The notes under the pieces were generated by a model, which saw only the letters and a list, made by a program, of their open reading frames with translations, was not told where the DNA came from and did no database searches. Shown here piece after piece: positions 11,284 to 21,246 of a stretch of DNA of 64,000 nucleotides. How positions within the stretch are numbered: position 1 is the first letter of the stretch; every line of letters starts with the position of its first letter. A program made the position numbers and the translations under genes. Origin of the DNA: Macrostomum lignano (lineage: Eukaryota); the NCBI GenBank assembly GCA_002269645.1, contig NIVC01000650.1, forward strand, positions 193,984-257,983, in the 5' to 3' direction.

Positions 11284-12254
11284 CCGGGAACTGAAAGCAG
11301 GCGTCTGAGCAGCAGATGGAGCGCGAGACAGCGATTAACGGAAGAAGAAAATTTCAGTTTTGATTATTTACTTTCTAAATTTCGTTATTTTCTGTTGTGA
11401 AAATATTACAGAGAGTACTCGTAGAAGTGAAATAGATTCTGAAGCAAAATAATTGCTAACTTTACGCAGAGAAGCTTTACACTCCCAATTCTGCTAAGGA
11501 TCAATCGTGTAATCTTTTAAGTCCTTCAATGCACTGTGTGCTCTCGTAGCCGGCAGTGTTTCAAACCATTAAAGGTAGAAAAAATACCGTCGCAAACTTC
11601 GTACATTCGGGAGTCTCCGTCGCGTTTGGGCAAGACAAAATTTGACAACGATACGAGATACTCCTGACCCAGACAGCACAATCAGTAACAATTACGCTGC
11701 ATTATTACGCAAAGGCGTACGCAAAATGATTCTTTTTGCGGGCAGCCTGGTAGACTGCAGAGAGCATCATCGAACTGATGCGTACCGTTTAGTCTAATGA
11801 GAGACAATAACAAGAATAAGAGAGACGAGCTAATAATCATCCTCTTTTAGGAGAATCAGTCCGCTCACCAAGAATCAGACTCTAACTCAAACTCGGCTCA
11901 AACTCGATGTTTGCAAAAAATGCAGGAGTTAGAAAGGCCTCTTCTGCGTTTACATAAAAATGTTGCAAGCTCCAGTGCTATTTACAAGCAGAATTTTACA
12001 CATATGTACGCACATACACTGTATAACTCGCAATTTGTCGGTGAGATTTAATAAAAGTTTTAATTCTGGACTACGAGTAATTTTACCGCCATTATCATTG
12101 CTTCTCATTACGAATATTTCTCTGGAGACCGGCTGTACAAAACTTCCAAATGAAAGCAGATTGTGTCTTTGAAGTTTGAGAGCGCTACGGGGAGTGCACG
12201 AGTACATATTTAGGATGCAATTTAACTGTGTACAGAAACAAAGAGAGCGGGACA

Positions 12255-12470
12255 GCTGAGCAGCTCAGCGGTAGTCGCGTCTGACTCTTGCGCCACGACC
12301 CCTGGTTTGATTCCGTGCACCTCGGCTCGTACAGTCTCCGCGCGCTTGTATGTGCGCTGGAATGGGCAGAATGGCCTCAGTGCTGGTTTGAGCACTGCAC
12401 GATGTCACCAAACGTTCTATGCGCCATGTAGAGTGCAAAATATTTACATATATAGGCGTATATACATATT
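12255..12470 (+). mobile_element. tRNA-derived SINE-like element
   Basis: Pol III A-box-like cagctcagcggtag (12261-12274) and B-box-like ggtttgattcc (12304-12314) at tRNA spacing, followed by a non-tRNA body. The 3' boundary is approximate. Confidence 0.55.
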
Positions 12471-13008
12471 TATCGTACGAAAACTTCCAGACCAATTTGC
12501 CGAAACAAATTATTGTTTGCTTAGAATCGACGCCAATCACAAGGGTCTTCAGTGCGAGAGCCAGACGCTTTTAACGATGAGTTGCTTTGCCCCCCCACTA
12601 TCCAACATATGTGATTTAAAAACTTTTCCATCAGTTCTAGTCCCAAACTCATATGAAATTGATGGCTGCACGCAAGCAGAGATTAATTGCGCTGCCTCAA
12701 TGACATGCCTCAAGCAGATGCCGCCGCGGCGACAGGAAAATTTCAAATCGGCTGGAAAAATGTTGATAATATGTTTCATAGCTACATACGCTCGTACCAC
12801 GGTGCGTATAAAGAGAAATAAATGCAAAAAACGCGAAAAATGATAGACTGTTGTTTCAAAAGTTCTTTGCTTGCAGTTATGTTTCTGATGCATCGTTGAT
12901 TAAACAATATATTTATGTTGTATTTTCCGCTTCCGTCCGTGTCGACCGATTATTGGGATTTCCCAGAGCTTGCCGGGTATAATAGGTGGGAGAGCGGCCA
13001 CCCCTGAG

Positions 13009-13605
13009 GAGCTTACGGACACTTCAGGGCGGAAGTGGAGGGGCGCGGAGCTTACGGACACTTCAGGGCGGAAGTGGAGGGGCGCGGAGCTTACGGACAC
13101 TTCAGGGCGGAAGTGGAGGGGCGCGGAGCGTACGGACACTTCATGGCGGAAGTGGAGGGGCGCGGAGCTTACGGACAATTCAGGGCGGAAGTGGAGGGGC
13201 GGGGAGCTTACGGACACTTCAGGGCGGAAGTGGAGGGGCGCGGAGCTTACGGACACTTCAGGGCGGAAGTGGAGGGGCGCGGAGCTTACGGACACTTCAG
13301 GGCGGAAGTGGAGGGGCGCGGAGCTTACGGACACTTCAGGGCGGAAGTGGAGGGACGGGGAGCTTACGGACACTTCAGGGCGGAAGTGGAGGGGCGCGGA
13401 GCTTACGGACACTTCAGGGCGGAAGTGGAGGGGCGCGGAGCTTACGGACACTTCAGGGCGGAAGTGGAGGGACGGGGAGCTTACGGACACTTCAGGGCGG
13501 AAGTGGAGGGACGGGGAGCTTACGGACACTTCAGGGCGGAAGTGGAGGGGAGCAGAGCTTACGGACACTTCAGGGCGGAAGTGGAGGGGCGGGGAGCGTA
13601 CGAAC
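13009..13605. repeat. 39-bp GC-rich minisatellite (~15 copies)
   Basis: Unit gagcttacggacacttcagggcggaagtggaggggcgcg. It explains the periodic ORFs 12900-13825. Confidence 0.97.
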
Positions 13606-13960
13606 AGACGGACAGTCGCCCAGCCCTACGACAAGAAGGATCGGTTCGGATGAGGAGACTCAGCAGCACCAGAGAGGTGGACACGGGTCTGTAGAGGCGT
13701 ACGGACACTTCACAGACCCGAGCGAATCACTCAAAATAAGTAGTGGTAGAGAGAGCAGTGAGGGCGAAAGCCGGGCAAGGACCGCGCGCACACAAATACT
13801 GCATGAGTGGAGAGCAGGGGGCTAGGTGGGACTAAGCCACGCAGGGCTGGGGGTGCGGGGGGGGGGCAAAACTCACAGAGTTGAAGGGCGAGGGAGAAAG
13901 AAGGGGGAAGGCCAGCCAATCAGGTGCCTCCGCGGCGAGAGACATGATTGGACTAGCCCA

Positions 13961-13962
<2 letters not shown>

Positions 13963-14033
<71 letters not shown>

Positions 14034-14068
14034 GAGAGAGAGAGAGAGGGGGGGAGGGAGAGAGAGAG
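13963..14068. repeat. (GA)n microsatellite
   Basis: Long agagag run with a few ata and ggg interruptions. Confidence 0.95.
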
Positions 14069-14539
14069 GCGAAAAGACGCCAGCCAATAAAAATGAAAAC
14101 GAGACAAATAAAGTGAAGAATGGCAGCTTAAGACGGAGGGGGGGAGATCAGAATGAACCAGCGATAGGGAGAGGAGAGGTGGAGAGCGCAGGGGTCAGTG
14201 CAAGGGCATTGAGGCGCAGCTCACAAAATTTATTCGGTAATCTGACTCGATTGCTTACATTCCTTGAATATGGACACCAGGACCTAAATAGCCTTTGCTT
14301 GCATCTAGACACAGTGTGACTAAGGTCTGCGTTCACCTGCATGGCGTTTGCGTATATTTCGTGCGATAAATAACGACAAGACTGTATGTCGAATGAATAC
14401 AGCGAGTCAACTCGCTCGTAGCCATCAAGCATCCATGCCCGAACCACTCAGATGAAACCAGACCAGAAGAAATGGTCACTATTTCAACAAGCTTCTCGTA
14501 AATCTTCTCACAAACTTTAAACGGAAGATAACCTCCTGC

Positions 14540-15706
14540 TCATAATTCGCACACTCTGTCGGAGCCAGCAATTGGAGTCGTCGCAGCATCATAGGCATTT
14601 GGCATGTTACATGTAGCTGCTCTAGAAGATCCAGACTGCCAGTGCTTGAAATTCTCACCATCGCAGCAGCGACAGCAGCGTCCAGCTCGGGTCAGCATGG
14701 CTCGATAGTGACGTCGAAACTTCGTCGCAACTAGATAGGGCAGCCAATTCAGTGCGGGATTCAGATACATCACATGATTGAGCAGGACAGCTAGCCGGTG
14801 AGTAACCCGAGTACAGTCCACCGCGCCCAGGTGGTGCAGCAGCTTTAGAACGCAGTACGGCGCTTCACAGGCAATGAAGATCAGGCTGGTAAAGGCGAAG
14901 ATCCGCGTCTGCGCGGAGGCTGCGGTAGCTGCCAGATGGCTGACGTTGCTGCTAACGCCAGGGCAAGACGTTAAGGAGCCGTTGAAATTCTGCTGGCTGC
15001 GTCTCAGACTGACCAGGATAACGGCCAGGGACGTCAGGAGAGCCACGAACACCAGCAGGCGAGAGGCGAATACTGTGTACAGCCGGTACACTACTTCAAT
15101 CCAGTCGTTTTGCCGGAACAGACAGCGCGACTGTTGTCTGCTCCAGAAGGCGCTGGCCACCCGGACGCAGGGCAGGAGGCTGAGCAGTAGCAGCAGCGCC
15201 TGCCAGGCGACAATGTTCCGCCGACGCAGCAGACTGCGCTGCCGCATGGGCGCCAGAGTGACGACAAGCGAGTGCAGACAGAAGCCCAGGCGTAAGAAGG
15301 GGCTGCCGTGCAGCAGCCACAGGGTGGCCAGGTAGTAGGCCACGCACACCGGGAAGTTGGACTCGGTTCGGAAGATCGGCACGCCCAGAGTCAGTCCGAG
15401 GACGCTGGGCGCCAGGTAGTGCGTGACCGACTTTCCTCCTACCAGCAGGAGGTCCACGCAGCAGGTGGTGAGCATGCAGAGCCGCACGGAGAACGGGAAG
15501 CACTTCGGGTGCCGCAGCAGCACCAGCAGGCAGCTGGCGTTGCCCCAGACTCCCAGCGACATCAGCAGCGGGAAGAGCCACGAGAAGACGTGGACATGAA
15601 ACTGACGATAGTCGAGCTGCCAGCTCGGTTTTTGCGTTGATGAGTTCCGAGAGACGTTGAAGCTCGGCAAATCGTCATCGAACCATTCGGGTTCGAGTTT
15701 CGACAT
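14540..15706 (-). CDS. Intronless class A (rhodopsin-family) GPCR, peptide-receptor type, 388 aa
   Basis: Seven hydrophobic segments. TM1 LGVWGN, TM2 CCVDLL, Cys at the top of TM3 (VCVAYY) and in ECL2 (SRCLFR), TM6 FIACEAP, TM7 LNPALNWLPY followed by helix-8 KFRR. The TM7 NxxxNxxxY pattern resembles FMRFamide/sex-peptide-receptor-like invertebrate receptors. Confidence 0.9.
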   Translation of the reverse strand: MSKLEPEWFDDDLPSFNVSRNSSTQKPSWQLDYRQFHVHVFSWLFPLLMSLGVWGNASCLLVLLRHPKCFPFSVRLCMLTTCCVDLLLVGGKSVTHYLAPSVLGLTLGVPIFRTESNFPVCVAYYLATLWLLHGSPFLRLGFCLHSLVVTLAPMRQRSLLRRRNIVAWQALLLLLSLLPCVRVASAFWSRQQSRCLFRQNDWIEVVYRLYTVFASRLLVFVALLTSLAVILVSLRRSQQNFNGSLTSCPGVSSNVSHLAATAASAQTRIFAFTSLIFIACEAPYCVLKLLHHLGAVDCTRVTHRLAVLLNHVMYLNPALNWLPYLVATKFRRHYRAMLTRAGRCCRCCDGENFKHWQSGSSRAATCNMPNAYDAATTPIAGSDRVCEL

Positions 15707-17105
15707 GCTTGTCTACAGAATTTTGCAGTGAGTTTTGTTTTTAAACTAAAGTTTCAGCTAAATTTTATTGTACTCGTAGAGAGTTTGCATTTATACCGAT
15801 GTCAGTAGGTACGAGCGTAAGTCCTGATTGGTCCGTTTGATGAATGGGTGCATCGTAAATTTGATCCTTCAGCCTATTAGTCCTGTGTTATCTCAGATAA
15901 AATCTCGTGATATAGCTGTCCCTTGATTAAATTAGGTATAGGCAATCAGAAAGTGTATTCAAAACATTTGATGCGATAAAATTGTCAACTGAAGTGATAC
16001 GAAATATCAGCATAAAACCCGTCCATAATATTCTGGTATGTCGGCCGAACTTCGCTGCAATTTAGCGACGCGACGACGTCGGTAGACGCCTTAAACGTCG
16101 GCTTGGGTCGCTGACGTCGGATTTTTGAATAAGAAAGAATTACAGTGTACGAAAAGGATGCTTTGGCGCTACTAAATCAGGAATCGCATGCATTCGAGAG
16201 CATATGCAGTTAATAAAAAACAGCATATATGTACCGGCAATGAAGGCACTTCCAATGCTAACCCCGATTAATTCTGGCACAGGCTAAAATATGCTTTAAA
16301 ATCTGTTTAATCCGTAACTACTGCCTTTAGATAAGTGAATTATAATCATACAGAACGAGAATGAATGCTTTCTTTCTCTCCATCTATCGTCTCTATCAGT
16401 CGAACAGTAACTCAATTTGATTGCGTACTTATTACGAGCGTACTGCATGCAAATGACGAACTTTCTGAAATGAATTTCACCTAGAAATTTAATTCTACTT
16501 TTACTTTTGGGATTAGATAGATCTCAAATCTCTCTCTAGGTGATATAACACGCCTTAAATAAAGTAAATTGCCGCACAGGTTTCATCACTCCCTCTTTGA
16601 ATACAACTGAAAATGGACTCGATATTACACAAGAGTTAAATAATCAGCATGCCACCAATACTTTCCACTCCCTTTGAGTGCAACCTAGAAAAAAGTTGCT
16701 AGGAAAAATTATACCAATGGCTCGTTACCAAAGGCTGATTGAGTTTATTTAGTAGCTCGTAAAAGATACATAAAATCCCTCACAAATCTTTGGGGCTGGC
16801 AGATTACAGGTTTTACAAGCGACGCTAAACTGCGCATGTAACGCGGGGCTCATTACAATTCATAGTTAGCTATTTCAGCACAGTGAGCTGTGAAGTCACA
16901 AAATTTAGTCAGCACTTGAAATGCAAATGTCTGGCTGGAGACGTGGACTCACGTGACACATCTTGCATACGAGCTAAAAAGGGAGAGCGCACATACAGCT
17001 ACACAATATAAACTCCAGCAACCATAGCTACAGCTGCTAACTTTATCTTAACTGACTGCTGATAAAAGACTGACAAGGAGAACTCCTGACACAACAATAA
17101 TAAGC

Positions 17106-18968
17106 ATGGTTGGCGCATCACTTGCTTCTAGTGATAAGCAGAAAACTGACTGGAAAATCTGGACTTCGTTCAAAAGCAACCCAAACATTATGCAGCTGAA
17201 ACGGCACTGGCGAGTCCTGCCGCTGCTGCTGGCGCCGGTGCTGCTGTCGCCACTGCTGACGATGGGCTCCGAGAAGGCCCGCTGCGCCTACCTACTGCTG
17301 CTGATGGCCACCTACTGGGTGCTTGAGCTGCTGCCGCTGAGCCTCACCGCCGTGCTGCCCTTCTTCCTCGGTCCGCTGCTGCGCATCGGCACCTGTCATG
17401 AGCTCGCCAAGTCCTACTTCACCGACATCCACTTCCTCATGATTGGCGGCGTCATGCTGTCCGTGGCCATGGAGGACACAGGACTCAGCCGTCGGTTCGC
17501 CCTTCGAACTGTGGCGCTGCTGGGAACGCGGCCGCGCTGGCTGCTGCTCGGCTTCATGCTGCCCTCCTGGCTCATGTCCATGTGGATGAGCAACACCGGC
17601 ACCACCATCCTCATGTTCCCCTTCGTGATGGCGGCAATCGCCGAGACAGAGAAGGCTACCGAGCAGCTGCAGGACGCCCCTGATCGAGAGTCGCTCGCGC
17701 TCGACCAGCGAGAAAAGCACCCTACAGCGACTGACTGCGAAGGCGCCGCTGCAGAGCCTCCGCGGCCGTGCGAGGACGGCCTGGACTCCAACACTGTCGG
17801 CAAGACGCGTCACAAAACACACACTCGAAGCCACGCAGTCTGCTACTGTCTCTCCGTGGCCTACGCCTGCAACGTAGGCGGAGTGGCCACTCTGATCGGC
17901 ACCGGAACCAACCTCGTGCTCGTTGGACAACTCCAGCAGATCTACCGCGTCTCCAATGTGGTCACCTTCTCCAACTGGATGGCCTTCAGCTTGCCGTTGT
18001 CGCTGTTCAGCCTGTTGCTCATCTGGTTGCTGCTCCAGCTTGTTTTTGTTGGTCCGCGTGACACCTTTAACTGGCGCTCGCAGTCGGCCGAACAGAAGCG
18101 ACAGGAGGCTCGGGTGAAGCTCTACTTCCACCAGCAGCTGGAGGCTCTCGGGTCAGTTTCGTTCGCCGAGTGGGCCACCATGGCCGCTTTTCCTTGCGTG
18201 CTGCTGCTCCTGCTGACAGGCAAGCTGACCTCCAGCTTCGGCTGGCACTACCTGTTCGGCTCCGTCAACGACAAGCCGGTCGTGTCCGACGCCACCGGAA
18301 TGCTGCTGGTCGCTTTGCTGCTCACTCTGATCCCCAACCCCGACCTGACCGAGGAGCACGGACCGACCAACAGTCTGGGATATCGAGCCGTCGCTCGGTG
18401 GGATCGAGTCCTGCTCAAGATCCCGCTCGACATCATGCTGCTCATCGGAGGAGGCCTCGCTCTAGCCAAGCTCACTAAGGACACCAAGCTGTCAGAGACC
18501 ATCGGGTCCGCCCTAACTCCCACACTGCAGGCGCTGCCCACCGAGCTGACGCTGCTGCTGCTCAGCTTCTGCGTCATCTGGCTCACGGAAGTCACCTCCA
18601 ACATGGCCACCGCCTCCGTCCTGCTGCCCATAGTAGCCCAGATCGCCGCCTGTCTCGGACACAATCCGCTGCTGTTCATGGTCTCGCTCACCGTCACCTG
18701 CTCGTTCGCGTTCTGCCTACCGACCGCCACACCGCCAAATGCCATCGTGTTCGGCAGCGGCCGGGTCAGCATTCCCAGCATGGCCAAGGCCGGGCTCGTG
18801 CTCAATCTGGTTTTCTCGGTTTTTATTCCTCTGTACGCTTTGTTAGTCGGTCGTTGGGTATACAGCGTGCACGAATTGCCCAAGTGGGCGGAGTCTTCGT
18901 CGACTTCCTGCTCCGGCAGCAATCAAACGTCGAGTAACTACATGAACTCTACAAAGCTGGCTGGTTAG
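17106..18968 (+). CDS. SLC13: SLC13 (DASS family) Na+-coupled di/tricarboxylate or sulfate transporter, copy A, intronless, 620 aa
   Basis: Multiple TM helices and family motifs LLMATYWVLELLP, SMWMSNTGTT, VGGVATLIGTGTN, TEVTSNMAT and LPTATPPNAIVFG. Confidence 0.95.
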   Translation: MVGASLASSDKQKTDWKIWTSFKSNPNIMQLKRHWRVLPLLLAPVLLSPLLTMGSEKARCAYLLLLMATYWVLELLPLSLTAVLPFFLGPLLRIGTCHELAKSYFTDIHFLMIGGVMLSVAMEDTGLSRRFALRTVALLGTRPRWLLLGFMLPSWLMSMWMSNTGTTILMFPFVMAAIAETEKATEQLQDAPDRESLALDQREKHPTATDCEGAAAEPPRPCEDGLDSNTVGKTRHKTHTRSHAVCYCLSVAYACNVGGVATLIGTGTNLVLVGQLQQIYRVSNVVTFSNWMAFSLPLSLFSLLLIWLLLQLVFVGPRDTFNWRSQSAEQKRQEARVKLYFHQQLEALGSVSFAEWATMAAFPCVLLLLLTGKLTSSFGWHYLFGSVNDKPVVSDATGMLLVALLLTLIPNPDLTEEHGPTNSLGYRAVARWDRVLLKIPLDIMLLIGGGLALAKLTKDTKLSETIGSALTPTLQALPTELTLLLLSFCVIWLTEVTSNMATASVLLPIVAQIAACLGHNPLLFMVSLTVTCSFAFCLPTATPPNAIVFGSGRVSIPSMAKAGLVLNLVFSVFIPLYALLVGRWVYSVHELPKWAESSSTSCSGSNQTSSNYMNSTKLAG

Positions 18969-19349
18969 TACGCCGTATTATTGAGTTTAGGGCTTCGTAG
19001 CTCAAACTTTAAACTCGAATTTCTTTAATTTGCAGCTTAAAGCGGTTAGATAAATTTCTATTATCTTAAAGTATACTGATTTTGCCAGAGTAGTTTTTTC
19101 CGTCTGGCTATTTGTCACACAGCTAAGTTGCTTGAAGCAGGTGTGACTTAGAAGTCCTATAAGTAACTTCTATTTATCTTTAGTTTTTACTAAATGAAAA
19201 GCAAAACTACAAAAAAGTACGAATAATATTCCTTTTAAAAAATCATTTGTGCCTGACACAGACTAAAGCATAGACCGCCAGAAATAACTGTTCTATCCAA
19301 TAGTTTCTCTGCATTAGTCGGCAATAAAGTAGGATGTATGGGGTACTCA

Positions 19350-19700
19350 AAATTGAGTAATAATAATTTTTTTAATAATTGATTCCACCTGCCCTAATGG
19401 GCAGCTTTGTGCAACCGACAGCTCAGCCGCAGCTATTGCGCTGCGCATCTGAAGACTGCGTACATAGCTGTTCAGTCCAAGGACTGTTGGGTGTCGCCAC
19501 ACACCCTTAATTATCTTAGCTAATGCTGGTACCCATTCTTCAGCTGAGTGAACTGAAGCAATGAAAAGTTTTGCAAAGTCAATGCAAAGTGTCTTGTTGA
19601 AGGACACAAACTGTTTCGAGTGGTTCGAGAATCAAACCGGCCTTTGAGTCCTGAGTCCGAAGCTCTTCTAACGACTAAGCCACAACCCCTACTGAGACTG
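19350..19700 (-). mobile_element. tRNA-head SINE with CORE/Deu-like central domain
   Basis: Minus strand: gtggcttagtcgttag (A-box-like), ggtttgattctc (B-box-like), tgtgtccttcaacaagacacttt, cagttcactcagctgaagaatgggtacc, then an AT-rich tail attattaaaaaaattattatt. The two central motifs resemble conserved SINE central domains (recognised from memory, not from a database search). Confidence 0.6.
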
Positions 19701-21246
19701 AACATTTAATTACAGGGTTCTTAATGGCCTACATGTACATGTACATGCATGGGATGTCTTGGCGTGCGAATCTTCAAAGTCTCAGGTGTCAGGGATAAAC
19801 TCCCAAGACCGGTGCCGGCGTAGAGCAATAGGACACGAGTAGACGAGGCGACAACACAAGGAATGACTGGCTGTCAATTAGCAGAGGCAGGGGCTCTCTT
19901 TCACAGGGACCTAAATCCGTGGTGTATTGCGTATCAGAACTACACTGCGAGATACGCATCGTTCAGTCTTTCGAGCTTATCAAAACCGTAGTCGATCGAT
20001 AATGCAACACAAAAACATTTTGTTTAAATGAGCTAGGCGGATGAAGATACATTTATGCGCTAGCCTATTTTTGTATCCTCAGAAAATACCATCGTTTAAA
20101 ATATAGTTTAGTTGTCTTTTTTCCTTCATCCCTTTTGTCGTCACGAGGCGTAAGACCTTTATAGCCGTTGTAGTATCGTGACTCGCACATTCTCCTCCGT
20201 CGTGCTATACGAGCGTATTTGTTGCCGCTAGCTAGTTCCCGGCCGCAAAGTACGAACGTCTTTCTCTTGGCTTGATACTTTCGGGCTTTTGTTGTGTTCT
20301 GCTGGTTGATATTGTGCGTTGGCATTGCTTGTCCTTTCGCATGCCCTACGATGTCGACCTGTGTTCGTCTCGTTGATAATTTGCTACGTGTTGCATTTGA
20401 TTGTTTTTGTACTTTTCTGTTTCTCTCCCAGGTGTATTTTGTTATTGATTGTTGACTTCTTTCCGGAAGGTCTTATCGGAATTTCTCACAGAGAAAGACT
20501 ATCTGTTTGCTCGCCTTTCTGTGCATTATCTTCTGTTTGAGAGCCAGTCTGACTTTGCTAAGACATATCTTGCCGCAGCCTTCACAGTCACACTAATATC
20601 TTAGTCTATTCTCGTCGTCTCTTGGAGTTAACCATCTTGTCTCTCCTTTCATTTGTGAGTTGTATTTGTTGTAGTTGTTATTTGTTGCTGCGGTCGTCCT
20701 CATCGTTGTCGTCGTTGTTGTTGCTCGTCCACTGTATCTACTTGTAGCTGAACACTAAACTGATCTCACTACTTGCCGTGTCATGGACGTTTTCACGTTG
20801 CAAGGATGCCGTCAAACAACAATGACATTTTCGGTCCTATGAAAATCGACTGCCGCAATTTAACTGCCGGCTACATTTGACCTCTGGAATTTTGCTGCTA
20901 ATTTAGCCCTAGCCCCAAACCTTTTCAACATTAAACCGAACTGAACTATAACTCTAATCTGAACCCTAATTCCAAACTTTAACCAATGAACACAAGTTTC
21001 TGTATCTTCTAAAGAAAAGTTATTTTAGAGCCGCAGAATTCTATACTGTAGCTATAGTATATGAAACAATAACAAATACTGACAAGGTACATAGGTAAAG
21101 GCATGATGCTCTATATATCTGTTTAAGTGCATAATTAAAGATGATGGCGTGTATAAATCAGTGCAAACTCGTATCTTGCTGAAACATTGGAACAGTAAAG
21201 ATATCTACTTGCTATGCAGCAACCAACAATAATAAAAGATTAAAGA

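Noticed and set aside
12900-13825. Long ORFs (219-279 aa) in four frames
   Set aside because: They are translations of the stop-free 39-bp minisatellite, with no splice or domain evidence.
20880-20990. Degenerate ccctaa-like run
   Set aside because: Too degenerate to call telomeric or Helentron-derived without a library search.
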